A DNA stretch of 64,000 nt. It comes from an uncultured Sulfitobacter sp. (GTDB taxonomy: Bacteria > Pseudomonadota > Alphaproteobacteria > Rhodobacterales > Rhodobacteraceae). Positions within the stretch are counted from its first letter, which is position 1. Each line of letters opens with the position of its first letter. The stretch is from NCBI GenBank assembly GCA_937928635.1, contig CALFWM010000048.1, positions 80,221 through 144,220 of the forward strand, in the 5' to 3' direction. Position numbers and translations under genes: made by a program. A model generated the notes under the pieces. It was given only the letters and a program-made list of their open reading frames with translations, was not told the origin of the DNA and made no database searches. Of this stretch, positions 1 through 9,049 are shown piece after piece.

Positions 1-1
1 C

Positions 2-1312
2 CTTTTCGCCGCCCCAAGCCAGTCTTTGACGCAGCGCGAACTGGCGGACCACCCGGACTTTCTGCACCTGCTCAAAGAAACGGATCTACTTCCCGATGTC
101 CTTGCGTTGGCCAATTCAATCATAGACACGCTGTTTACGACATTTGGCAGCGATGGCACGGATCACCCCTTGTTTCAACGATTGGGCATTGATGTTGCCA
201 CCTTTAATCAAACCCTAAAACTACATGAGATCAGTGCGCATCGCGGGCCGTCTGCTCTCTCAGATTCCGACCTTGCGCTGATCCTCGCACTGCCTTGTTT
301 GTTAAAGCCCGAGCATATTGGACAAGTGGTTTCCAGTGATCTGAGAGAAAAAATTGTCGGCCTTAGGGTGCGCCATCCAAATGTGCTGTCTGGGCATCTG
401 AGCGATTACTTTCAGCCCCTTTCGACAGACACCTTTTCTGATGGCTTATCCCTGATGGAAAACGCGGTTTTTGGGGTGATCAAAACTGGTATTGGCCAAA
501 GAAAGGACATCCTGACCGATGTTGTCATCGAACTGCTGATCGCACGAAGGTTAAAAGCGGAACTTGCCGCATTGACCCTGGATGAAGAAACCACATTTGG
601 CGGTGCCAATCTGCCGCGCAACGTGGCCGAACGGATCGGGTTTACCCGCGCCTTGATCAAACGGCCGGATATTTTTGTGCTGGATAAGGTGCTGGGCAGT
701 TATGATGATGAAACCCGGTTCAATGCCTCACTGAGGCTGCGACAGGAAATGCCAAACGCAACAATCATCTACCTGGAAGATGCGTTTCGCTACCCCGAAA
801 ATTTTGACCTGTACGTGGAATTGTCCCAAGGAAAAATCACCCAAGGTGCACTGGAACACAGCAACACCAAAGACGATCTGCTGCAAGAACCCGACCTTGC
901 CACCAAACTACAGGCGCTGGAGAAAACTGCGTTTTTTGCCAATCTGGAGCGCCGCCAGCTGCGCCTGCTGGCGTTTTCAGCAAAATGGTTCAACATCAAG
1001 GCGGGTGATGTTGTATTTAACAAAGACGATGATGCCGCGGATGGTGCGTATCTCTTGCAGACCGGTGAGGCTGATTTTACCGCGCCACAAGAGGATGGAA
1101 CGGAGCAGCATATTCGCACGCTTGGCCCCGGAGCACTGGTAGGTGAATTGGCCCTGATCATGAAAGAACCGCGGACCCTGACGATGAGGGCACGCAGTGA
1201 CATCAGTGGCCTGCGCATCGGCGGCGAGGAGTTTCTGACAGTCCTGCAAAATGACCCGCAAGCCGCATTCAAGATGCTACAGGTGATCACCCGCTATCTG
1301 ACCAAAGCCTAG
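2..1312 (+). CDS. ABC-ATPase-like domain with decayed motifs, fused to a C-terminal cyclic-nucleotide-binding domain; 5' end probably cut by the window edge
   Basis: The ORF track gives 26..1312 (TTG), but the frame stays open back to position 2. 'GGANLPRNVAERIGFTRALIKRPDIFVLDKV' resembles a degenerate ABC signature plus Walker B. The C-terminal 'FNIKAGDVVFNKDD...LGPGALVGELALI...RTLTMRA' is a cNMP-binding (Crp/CAP effector domain) pattern. Confidence 0.6.
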   Translation, partial: LFAAPSQSLTQRELADHPDFLHLLKETDLLPDVLALANSIIDTLFTTFGSDGTDHPLFQRLGIDVATFNQTLKLHEISAHRGPSALSDSDLALILALPCLLKPEHIGQVVSSDLREKIVGLRVRHPNVLSGHLSDYFQPLSTDTFSDGLSLMENAVFGVIKTGIGQRKDILTDVVIELLIARRLKAELAALTLDEETTFGGANLPRNVAERIGFTRALIKRPDIFVLDKVLGSYDDETRFNASLRLRQEMPNATIIYLEDAFRYPENFDLYVELSQGKITQGALEHSNTKDDLLQEPDLATKLQALEKTAFFANLERRQLRLLAFSAKWFNIKAGDVVFNKDDDAADGAYLLQTGEADFTAPQEDGTEQHIRTLGPGALVGELALIMKEPRTLTMRARSDISGLRIGGEEFLTVLQNDPQAAFKMLQVITRYLTKA

Positions 1313-1335
1313 AGTCAGGATCACTGGATCCCTCA

Positions 1336-1899
1336 CTATTGGCGTTTCAAAAACGTTTCGATGGTGCGCACTTCGTCACCATTGTTCAGCCGCCGAAACT
1401 CAAGCTGAAGCCCGCCATCCGCCAGAGTGCGGTGATACTCCTGCATTTCGTAGTCCCCTTCTTCATCAATAAACAATGAAAAGACGGTCAGCGTATCACC
1501 AACAATCCGCGCCCAGACAAACGGTTCGCCCTTCAAGGGGTTCAGCGGGACACGCTTGCCAAAGACATTGACCTTCATCGCAGAGGCAAAAATGTTGTCA
1601 CGGTCACTGGGTTGAAATCCGATGGTATAGGTTTTCTCTTTCGTACGTCCGCCGGATTTATGGGTTATGGACGTCCAATTTACGCTAAACCCCTCATCGG
1701 TCTGCGCAATCACCACGCTCATGTCGCGCCGTTTGGTTTCACCGTTATCGTCAAAGTCTGCTTGGCCTTCAAAAGCGCCCAGGAAAGGGTCGATTGATTG
1801 GGCAGCCGCGGGGGCAGCGACCATCAAAAGCACAGCTAAAAGACCGGGCAGAACGTGACGGGTGAACAGGGCAGCAGCAGGCATAAGATTCACTTTCAC
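1336..1899 (-). CDS. hypothetical secreted/periplasmic protein
   Basis: 187-aa ORF with a signal-peptide-like N-terminus 'LPGLLAVLLMVAAPAAAQS'. I do not recognise a family. The start could be an internal ATG. Confidence 0.5.
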   Translation of the reverse strand: MKVNLMPAAALFTRHVLPGLLAVLLMVAAPAAAQSIDPFLGAFEGQADFDDNGETKRRDMSVVIAQTDEGFSVNWTSITHKSGGRTKEKTYTIGFQPSDRDNIFASAMKVNVFGKRVPLNPLKGEPFVWARIVGDTLTVFSLFIDEEGDYEMQEYHRTLADGGLQLEFRRLNNGDEVRTIETFLKRQ

Positions 1900-1966
1900 A
1901 ACATTGACACGAGAGTGCTACCCTAATGCCTATGGTGCCAATCGTCCATGTGTCACAGTGGCCGAC

Positions 1967-4387
1967 CTAATCACGCACGCGTGTCAGGTCAGGGTCGTAC
2001 GGGCCCTGGGGGATAACAGTGCAAGACACCAGGTCGCCCAAAACATCAACGTGCATTTTACTGCCCACGTCGGCCAAGGACGCATCAACAAATGCATAGG
2101 CCAGGTTCATCGCAACACGGTGCCCCCAATCGCCAGATGTCACCGTACCCACAACAGCATCGTTAACCATAACGGAGGCCCCCCCGTGCGCTGGTGCATC
2201 CGCACTGTTCAACTGTAGCGTGACCAGTTTTTTCGCGGGTTCATTCCCTTGGCGGGCCTCTAGCGCGGCCTTGCCAATGAAATCTCCCTTATCCATTTTG
2301 ACAAAGCGGCCAAGCCCAGTCTCAAAGGGATCAAATTCGGTCAGAATGTCCGCCTTCCAATGCAGATACCCTTTTTCCATGCGCATCGATTCCACTGCCC
2401 GGCTGCCAAACAGGCGCAGCCCCAAGGGATCACCCGCGGTGCGTAGTGCCAGATATGCGGCATAAAGCTGGTTGTTGGGCACATGGATCTCATAGGCCAG
2501 TTCGCCGGAAAAGCTGACGGACATGACAATCGCAGGTGCAATCCCGATGTGGGCCGCGCGCACTGACAACCACGGGAAGGCTTGCGCTGACCAATCTCCG
2601 CGGGATGCCGCAGACAACACGTCGCGTGCCTTGGGTCCAGCGAGGACAAGGATGGTATGATCATTGGTCAATGATCTGATCTGGACATCATCATCACTGG
2701 TCAGATGCGCGGTTAGCCAATCCATATCATGAAATTCTGCTGCTGCTGCCGAGCCATACCAGATACGGCCATCAGGCAGGTTTGCCACGGTTGCCTCCCC
2801 TTTCAGCATGCCGTGGTGGTTCAGCAAGTAGCCCAACCCGACCTTTCCCGCTTTGCGTGGCACGCGGCCACAGATCATGCGATCCAGATACTCATGCGCT
2901 CCACTGCCTGTCAGCTCATAGCGGTTAAACCCGCTGACCTCTGTCAAAGCAACAGCGTTCTGCACAGCACTGACCTCGGCAGCGACCAGCGGGAACACGT
3001 TGTTAAAACGAAACCCGTAATCCTCGTGAAAGTCCGGGGCAGGCTTGATGTATTCCATCCGCTCCCATCCATTAACGGTGCCAAATGCGGCACCCTCGGC
3101 GGCGAGGATCGGGGTTAAGGGGGTCGTCTTCATCGGGCGGCCCGCTGGGCGGTGCTCATGCGGGAAATGAAAGCGGAATTCGTTTTGGTAGTCTTCGATG
3201 GCTTTCAGGGCGGTAAGCTCCACATTGGCGTGTCCGGTGAACCGGCGGGGATCAAGGCACCATGTGTCGTAACACGCCTCACCATGTACGATCTGTTGCG
3301 CCAGCAGCCAGCCGTGGCCGCCGCCCTCACCCAGACCGGCGCGCAGCCCAATGATGCAAAACGCGTTGCGCGTGCCGGGGATCGGACCCACCAGCGGTGC
3401 GCCGTCAATAGTGTAGGTAATGGGGCCGTTCACGATGCGCTTGATCCCGACCTCCGCCAGCGCGGGCATGCGTTCAAAAGCGCCTTCCAGCACGTCCATC
3501 ACCCGGTCCAGATCATCCGGGCAAAGATCATTTGAAAACGCCGGGCTGATGCCATCCATGCCCCATGTTTTACAGTCCTGTTCGTAGAATCCCACCAGCA
3601 GACCGTTCTTTTCCTGCCGGGAATAGTAATCCGAGATCGGGCAACGTAGCAGCGGCATACGGTGGCTGGCCTCAATGATCGCGGGGATGTCCTCAGTGAC
3701 GAAATACTGGTGCTCCATTGAGGCGACGGGGTGGTGCACGCCCATCATCGCGCCGATCTCATTCACCCGGTAACCGCCCGCGTTCACCACAATCTCTGCG
3801 TTGATCGTGCCTTTGGGGGTTTCGACCTCCCATGTGTCGTCGGGCAATTGACGCAGGCCGGTGACGGGCGTGTTGCGGTGCACCTCGGCCCCCACTTTAC
3901 GCGCATGGAATGCCAAAGCCTGACACAGCTGGGCGGGGTCAATGTCCCCGTCCTCACCATCCCAGAGCCCGCCCAGCAGATTGTCAGTTGAGATCAGCGG
4001 ATGGCGGCGCGCACATTCTTCGGCGTCGAGTACCTCGTATTCCACCCCCATGCCCCGCGCCATGGAGGCGAAATGGCGGTAGCCCTCCATCTGTTCGGGC
4101 CTGTTGGCCAGCCGGATGCCGCCATCACCATGGTGATAGCCAACGGGATATTCGGGGTCGTCCCGCAGCTTTTTGTACAGCGCGATGGAGTGGCTTTTGA
4201 GGCCAACCATCGTCTGGTTCATGCCAAAGTTCGTGACCTGCGCAGCGGAATGCCATGTGGTGCCGGAGGTCAGCTCATCGCGTTCCAGCAGCATCACGTC
4301 CGACCATCCTTCTTGTGTCAGATGGTACAAGGTTGAGCAGCCAGCAATGCCGCCGCCAATCACGACGACTCGGGTGGTGGTTTTCAT
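1967..4387 (-). CDS. FAD-dependent oxidoreductase with a GcvT-type folate-binding C-terminal domain (dimethylglycine/sarcosine dehydrogenase-like)
   Basis: ORF track 1967..4453. I trimmed to the ATG at 4387 so that 'MKTTTRVVVIGGGIAGCS' (FAD GxGxxG) sits at the N-terminus. The architecture is a DAO-type N-terminal half plus an aminomethyltransferase-like C-terminal half, about 806 aa. Confidence 0.85.
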   Translation of the reverse strand: MKTTTRVVVIGGGIAGCSTLYHLTQEGWSDVMLLERDELTSGTTWHSAAQVTNFGMNQTMVGLKSHSIALYKKLRDDPEYPVGYHHGDGGIRLANRPEQMEGYRHFASMARGMGVEYEVLDAEECARRHPLISTDNLLGGLWDGEDGDIDPAQLCQALAFHARKVGAEVHRNTPVTGLRQLPDDTWEVETPKGTINAEIVVNAGGYRVNEIGAMMGVHHPVASMEHQYFVTEDIPAIIEASHRMPLLRCPISDYYSRQEKNGLLVGFYEQDCKTWGMDGISPAFSNDLCPDDLDRVMDVLEGAFERMPALAEVGIKRIVNGPITYTIDGAPLVGPIPGTRNAFCIIGLRAGLGEGGGHGWLLAQQIVHGEACYDTWCLDPRRFTGHANVELTALKAIEDYQNEFRFHFPHEHRPAGRPMKTTPLTPILAAEGAAFGTVNGWERMEYIKPAPDFHEDYGFRFNNVFPLVAAEVSAVQNAVALTEVSGFNRYELTGSGAHEYLDRMICGRVPRKAGKVGLGYLLNHHGMLKGEATVANLPDGRIWYGSAAAAEFHDMDWLTAHLTSDDDVQIRSLTNDHTILVLAGPKARDVLSAASRGDWSAQAFPWLSVRAAHIGIAPAIVMSVSFSGELAYEIHVPNNQLYAAYLALRTAGDPLGLRLFGSRAVESMRMEKGYLHWKADILTEFDPFETGLGRFVKMDKGDFIGKAALEARQGNEPAKKLVTLQLNSADAPAHGGASVMVNDAVVGTVTSGDWGHRVAMNLAYAFVDASLADVGSKMHVDVLGDLVSCTVIPQGPYDPDLTRVRD

Positions 4388-4479
4388 CGCTTTGGCCCTT
4401 CGAACATGCAGCACTTCTGGACATAAGAGCCGCCATTGCATGGGTCTGGTCAAGGGGTGTGAAACCTATTTCAAAAATC

Positions 4480-4493
4480 GAAACACGTGTTTC
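4480..4493. promoter_or_regulatory. perfect 14-bp palindrome GAAACACGTGTTTC in the divergent intergenic region
   Basis: Read directly from the sequence, about 93 bp upstream of the 4387 start. A related half-site 'TGAAAC' lies at 4459-4464. Candidate operator; the regulator is unknown. Confidence 0.3.
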
Positions 4494-4706
4494 AGCATCA
4501 CCGCAATTGGTTAGGCCAGCCCAGCAGTGCTGGGTGAGGGCCATTTTCTGGGAGGGTGCGCATATGCTGGGCGCGATGGAACGGGACTAATTTTGTCCTG
4601 CCTTGGCGGACCAAACAGCACCGCGTACCTGGATCGAAACGGCTGCGCAGGATCAGGATGTGCGAGCGGCTTTCAGGATTTTGTCTTGACGCGGGCGAGC
4701 TTTTGG

Positions 4707-4732
4707 AAAACTTTACGGGGTAGTAAAGTTTT
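4707..4732 (+). promoter_or_regulatory. 10-bp inverted repeat AAAACTTTAC-N6-GTAAAGTTTT immediately upstream of the RBS and ATG at 4741
   Basis: Read directly. It is followed by 'TTGAAAGG ATG'. It could be an operator or a 5'-UTR hairpin. The stem is AT-rich, so the structure is weak. Confidence 0.3.
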
Positions 4733-4740
4733 TTGAAAGG

Positions 4741-5796
4741 ATGCCGCAGATGATGCAGGAACGGATCGAGGGCAAATGGCTCGCCGCCTTTCGTCGGGTG
4801 TTCAAACTGAACGGGATTGGTGCGGGCACGCAGGTGGCCCTGCTGGCTGAAACCCAATCACGGCCCGTGTTGGTGCATCTGTCTGAACTGGCGCTGTATG
4901 ATCTTGGCGCGCGGTTTTGCATCGTGACCATGCCGACCCCACCACAGACCGCGCCGGTGCCGGTGAAGGGCACAGGCACCTCCATGGCCGTGCAACAGAA
5001 CGCGGCGGCGATTGCGGCGATGAAGCAATGTGAGGTGATTGTGGATTGCACCGTTGAAGGGATGATCCACGCCGCCGAATGGCCCGAGATTGAAGAGGCG
5101 GGCGCGCGGCTGTTGGTCATCACCAATGAGCACCCTGAGATTTTGGAGCGCACGGAGCCGACGGCTGATCTGGGGCCCAAAGTGCAGCACGGGATTGAGA
5201 TGTTGCAGGCGGCCTCAGAGATGCGCGTGACCTCGGCGGCGGGCACCGATCTGATCATTGATCTCAAAGACGCCCCCTGTGGTGGCACCCCCGGCTTTGG
5301 CACCACGCCCGGTGCGGTGGCGCATTGGCCGGGCGGGTTGTGCCTCGCCTTCCCCGGCCCCGGCACGGTGAACGGGCGCATTGTGATGGACGTGGGCGAC
5401 ATGAACCTGACGTTCAAAAGCTACCTTGCCAGCCCGATTGATATCACGGTGGAAGATGACTTTGTCACTGCGATCAAGGGGGACGGTTTGGATGCGATCC
5501 AGATGCGCGAGTACATGGCGGCGTGGGATGACCTGCAGGCCTATGGGATGAGCCATGTGGGTTGGGGCATGAACCCATCCGCGCGTTGGATCAGTGGTGC
5601 GCTTTATGACAAGCGCGACATGCAGGCGGTGGAATTCCGCGCATTTGCCGGAAATTTCCTGTGGTCCACGGGGGCCAACCAATACGCGGGCCGTTTTACC
5701 GAGGGGCATTTTGATCTGCCGATGCGCAACTGCACGATTGCTTTGGATGGGACCATCGTCGTGAAAGCAGGCGTATTACAAGGAGACCTCGCATGA
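4741..5796 (+). CDS. NicX-like non-haem iron ring-cleavage dioxygenase (2,5-dihydroxypyridine 5,6-dioxygenase family, M29-aminopeptidase fold)
   Basis: 351 aa. The C-terminal stretch 'YGMSHVGWGMNP...RAFAGNFLWSTGAN...GHFDLPMRNCTIALDG' matches my recollection of P. putida NicX, including the His/Ser/His/Asp iron-ligand positions. Confidence 0.7.
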   Translation: MPQMMQERIEGKWLAAFRRVFKLNGIGAGTQVALLAETQSRPVLVHLSELALYDLGARFCIVTMPTPPQTAPVPVKGTGTSMAVQQNAAAIAAMKQCEVIVDCTVEGMIHAAEWPEIEEAGARLLVITNEHPEILERTEPTADLGPKVQHGIEMLQAASEMRVTSAAGTDLIIDLKDAPCGGTPGFGTTPGAVAHWPGGLCLAFPGPGTVNGRIVMDVGDMNLTFKSYLASPIDITVEDDFVTAIKGDGLDAIQMREYMAAWDDLQAYGMSHVGWGMNPSARWISGALYDKRDMQAVEFRAFAGNFLWSTGANQYAGRFTEGHFDLPMRNCTIALDGTIVVKAGVLQGDLA

Positions 5797-7103
5797 GTTC
5801 GTTTGAAGATTACTATGACCTGACCCGCGTGCGACCCGAGGTTGCCGCGGTATTGACCCGGATCAATGAGATGGGGCCAAAGTTCGCGGAGCGTGCCTTT
5901 GCCATTGATGAGGCGGCGAGCTTTCCAACGGAGAATTACCGTGACTTGGCCGCCGAAGGGTTTCTGACCCTGACCGTGCCGGAGGAGTATGGCGGGCATG
6001 GGTTTTCGTTGGGCGAATACGCCATGGTCGGGGCCGAGATTGGCAAGTTCTGTGGGGCAACGGCGCTGACATTTAACATGCATAACTCGTCAATGATGTG
6101 GTCGCGATTCATGTATGAAATGCCCCATCTGACAGAAGGCGAGCGGGCCGAGTTTGCGCCCCTGCGGGAACGCCAGTTCCGCCGCGCGGTGAAAGAGCAG
6201 GGTATCTATTCGCAGCCCATATCAGAGGCGGGTCAGAACTGGACCAGCAAGCCAGCGCAGACGCAGTGCCGCAAAACGGATGATGGCTGGGTAATCAACG
6301 GGTTCAAGAAATTCGCCTCGCTGGCGGGGCATTGCGACTATTATTCTATCGTCTGCACGGAGGTGTTTGAGGGTATTGAGCCGCGCCATGAGGACACGAT
6401 GATCTTTGTGGTGCACAAGGATGCGCTGGGGCTTGAGGTGAAGGGTGAGTGGGATCCGCTGGGGATGCGCGGCACCAACTCGCGCGATCTGATTTTGAAG
6501 GATGTGCACGTCACTGAAGAAGACCTGATGATGCCCAAGGGGATCTTCATCAAGACCCTGCCCTATTGGCCGCATATGATGGCGACGCTGTCGCCCACAT
6601 ATATGGGCGTTGCGCAGGGGGCCTATGATTTCACCGTGGCCTATCTGCGGGGCGAGGTGCCCGGCATGCCGCCCGCGGACCGGCGCATGTTCACCACCAA
6701 ACGGCTGGCCGTGGGGCAGATGTATGCGCGTTTGTCAGGCATGCGCGCACTGTGGTGGCAGGCGTTTATGGAGGCGAAGCCGTTTCCCTCTCATGCCGAG
6801 GTGCTGCGGATGTATTCGGCGCAATATAACGTCATGGAAGGGGTGCAGGAAATTGCCGCCCTGGCCATTCGCACCTGTGGCGGGCAGTCGATGCTGAAGT
6901 CTTTGCCGCTGGAACGCATGTACCGTGACAGCCGTTGTGGCGCGCTGATGCTGCCCTATACAACCGAAATCATGGAGGATTACATGTCTGTCCTTGCGCT
7001 CTATGATGCGGATGAGGTGGACGGTGCGCCCGGTGATGATGGAGGCGCGCGGACTTCGATCTGGCGGGGCAACGGCATGGCATTCCAAGAAGCGGCGGAG
7101 TAG
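5793..7103 (+). CDS. acyl-CoA dehydrogenase-fold flavoprotein (could be an ACAD-fold flavin monooxygenase)
   Basis: 436 aa. The start overlaps the upstream stop in an ATGA (5793-5796), and the RBS AAGGAG lies at 5781-5786. ACAD-like 'EEYGGHGFSLGEYAMVGAEIGKFCGATALTFNMH' and C-terminal 'TCGGQSMLKSLPLERMYRDSR'. Confidence 0.8.
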   Translation: MSSFEDYYDLTRVRPEVAAVLTRINEMGPKFAERAFAIDEAASFPTENYRDLAAEGFLTLTVPEEYGGHGFSLGEYAMVGAEIGKFCGATALTFNMHNSSMMWSRFMYEMPHLTEGERAEFAPLRERQFRRAVKEQGIYSQPISEAGQNWTSKPAQTQCRKTDDGWVINGFKKFASLAGHCDYYSIVCTEVFEGIEPRHEDTMIFVVHKDALGLEVKGEWDPLGMRGTNSRDLILKDVHVTEEDLMMPKGIFIKTLPYWPHMMATLSPTYMGVAQGAYDFTVAYLRGEVPGMPPADRRMFTTKRLAVGQMYARLSGMRALWWQAFMEAKPFPSHAEVLRMYSAQYNVMEGVQEIAALAIRTCGGQSMLKSLPLERMYRDSRCGALMLPYTTEIMEDYMSVLALYDADEVDGAPGDDGGARTSIWRGNGMAFQEAAE

Positions 7104-7106
7104 CGC

Positions 7107-8384
7107 GTGGCCGTTGAGACGGTCAAACGCAGCCGTCACGTTGCTGCGGGTCCAGCGTTGATCTGGGCGCGCATACGGGATTTTTGTGCGCCCTGGCATC
7201 CGTTGATTGCAACTATACAGGCTGATGACGGCGGGCAGGTTCGCGCCTTTACCGTCCAAGGAGAAGACACGGTTTATCGTGAACGGTTGACGTGGTTTTC
7301 AGACACGGACATGGCGTTTGGCTATCGGCATTTGCAAGGGATCAACGGTGCGCTCAGCTATGCGGGCGGTATGACGATATCTGCGGCAGAGCGCGGTGGC
7401 AGTGTGATAACCATGAGCGCGGAGATCGAAGCCTTGGCCGCGCGGGCCGGGGATATTGCCGAAGGAACCGCAGCGATTTTTGATATCGGGCTGGCCGCGC
7501 TTGCAGAGCCTTCTGAGCAAATTGAGGTGCCAGCGACGACGCTGGTGGAACAGGTTCCCACAACGCCGCTGACTGTCGATACCTTGCCGCGGCTTGCATT
7601 GGACGTGACGCCAACGCGCCCGGGGCCACTGTGTTTGTTCCTGCATGGGATCGGCGGCAATCGCAGCAATTGGCAGGAACAGATAGGATGGGCAGGGACC
7701 ATTACGCGCGCCGCCGCGTTGGATTTGCGCGGGTATGGCGGGAGCACATTGGGCGCTGCACAATCAACGGTCGAGGATTACTGCGATGACATATTGCGCG
7801 TGGCTGATGTGCTTGGCGCGGAAAAGCTGGTGCTGTGCGGCCTGTCCTATGGTGCTTGGATCGCCACGACATTTGCCGAGAAATACCCGGACAAAATGGC
7901 AGGGCTGATCCTGTCCGGAGGGTGTACAGGCATGTCAGAGGCAGGGCCGAATGAGCGGGATGCCTTTCGCGTCAGCCGTGAGATTCCGCTGGATGCCGAA
8001 CAATCCCCTGCTGATTTTGCGCCTGCGGTGATTGATGTGATTGCCGGGCCAAATGCATCTGGCGAGGCACGCTCCGCTATGCTGGAGTCAATGTCCGATA
8101 TCTCGACAGAGACCTACCGCGATGCCCTGCGGTGTTTTACAAATCCGCTACGGAAATTTGATTTTTCGAAGTTCAACATGCCTGTACTGATGATGACCGG
8201 GGAGCATGACAGGCTTGCCCCGCCTGCTGAGATCAAATCAGTCGCAACGCGCATTCATGAGGCGGCTGCCCACCCTGATGTGCGGTTTGAAGTGATCAAA
8301 GACGCAGGTCACATTTGTAACGTGGAGGCACCTGAACGCTACAACGCGCCCATGATGGAATTCCTGCGCCGGGTGGCGGGGTGA
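7107..8384 (+). CDS. fusion protein: N-terminal SRPBCC (polyketide-cyclase/START-like) domain plus C-terminal alpha/beta hydrolase
   Basis: GTG start. The N-terminal roughly 130 aa ('AGPALIWARIRDFCAPWHP') are SRPBCC-like. The C-terminal half has 'LFLHGIGGNRSNW' and the nucleophile elbow 'GLSYGAW'. Confidence 0.75.
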   Translation: MAVETVKRSRHVAAGPALIWARIRDFCAPWHPLIATIQADDGGQVRAFTVQGEDTVYRERLTWFSDTDMAFGYRHLQGINGALSYAGGMTISAAERGGSVITMSAEIEALAARAGDIAEGTAAIFDIGLAALAEPSEQIEVPATTLVEQVPTTPLTVDTLPRLALDVTPTRPGPLCLFLHGIGGNRSNWQEQIGWAGTITRAAALDLRGYGGSTLGAAQSTVEDYCDDILRVADVLGAEKLVLCGLSYGAWIATTFAEKYPDKMAGLILSGGCTGMSEAGPNERDAFRVSREIPLDAEQSPADFAPAVIDVIAGPNASGEARSAMLESMSDISTETYRDALRCFTNPLRKFDFSKFNMPVLMMTGEHDRLAPPAEIKSVATRIHEAAAHPDVRFEVIKDAGHICNVEAPERYNAPMMEFLRRVAG

Positions 8385-9049
8385 GCGCGCTGAGCCAGCG
8401 GGAACGCAACCGTCAGGCCAATCAGCAAAAGTTGCTGGAAGCGGCGTTGGCCGTGTTTTCTGCCATGGGATATTCCGGCGCGTCGATGGATGCGGTGGCC
8501 GAAGCCGCAGGATTGTCCAAGCCGACATTGTACAAGTATTTTGACAGCAAAGAGACGCTGTTTGCCGCGATGATGCAGGCGCGTCGCGATGATATGCTGA
8601 TGGCCTTTGAGGTTACGCAACCCGGCAATATGGTGCAGCAGTTGCACACCTTTGCCTGGGGGTATGCGCGGACGGTGATGCGCCCGGAGCTGATGACACT
8701 TGCCCGGTTGATCATGGCAGAGGCGCATCGGTTTCCCCAGGTTGGCCGTGCCTATCAGGCATCGGGGCCAGACCGGTTGCTTGAAGGGATGATGACCTAT
8801 CTTGAGGACCAACGCACGGCGGGGTCCTTGGTGTTTCAGGATGCGGAACTGGCGGCGCAGGACCTGTGGGGGTTGATCCTGTCTGCCCCCCGATCCAGAG
8901 CGCTCTATGAACCGGAATGGCAACCGGATGATGCTATTTTGGCGCGCTACATCAACAACGGGCTGCGGGTTTTTTTGCGCGCCTACGCGACAGAGCCAGA
9001 CCAAGTCCTGGCCGCGCTGGAGGCCGAAATCGCTGCATATTCTCAGTAG
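8381..9049 (+). CDS. TetR/AcrR family transcriptional regulator
   Basis: 222 aa. N-terminal HTH 'LLEAALAVFSAMGYSGASMDAVAEAAGLSKPTLYKYFDSKE'. The start overlaps the upstream stop (8381-8384). Confidence 0.85.
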   Translation: MSALSQRERNRQANQQKLLEAALAVFSAMGYSGASMDAVAEAAGLSKPTLYKYFDSKETLFAAMMQARRDDMLMAFEVTQPGNMVQQLHTFAWGYARTVMRPELMTLARLIMAEAHRFPQVGRAYQASGPDRLLEGMMTYLEDQRTAGSLVFQDAELAAQDLWGLILSAPRSRALYEPEWQPDDAILARYINNGLRVFLRAYATEPDQVLAALEAEIAAYSQ

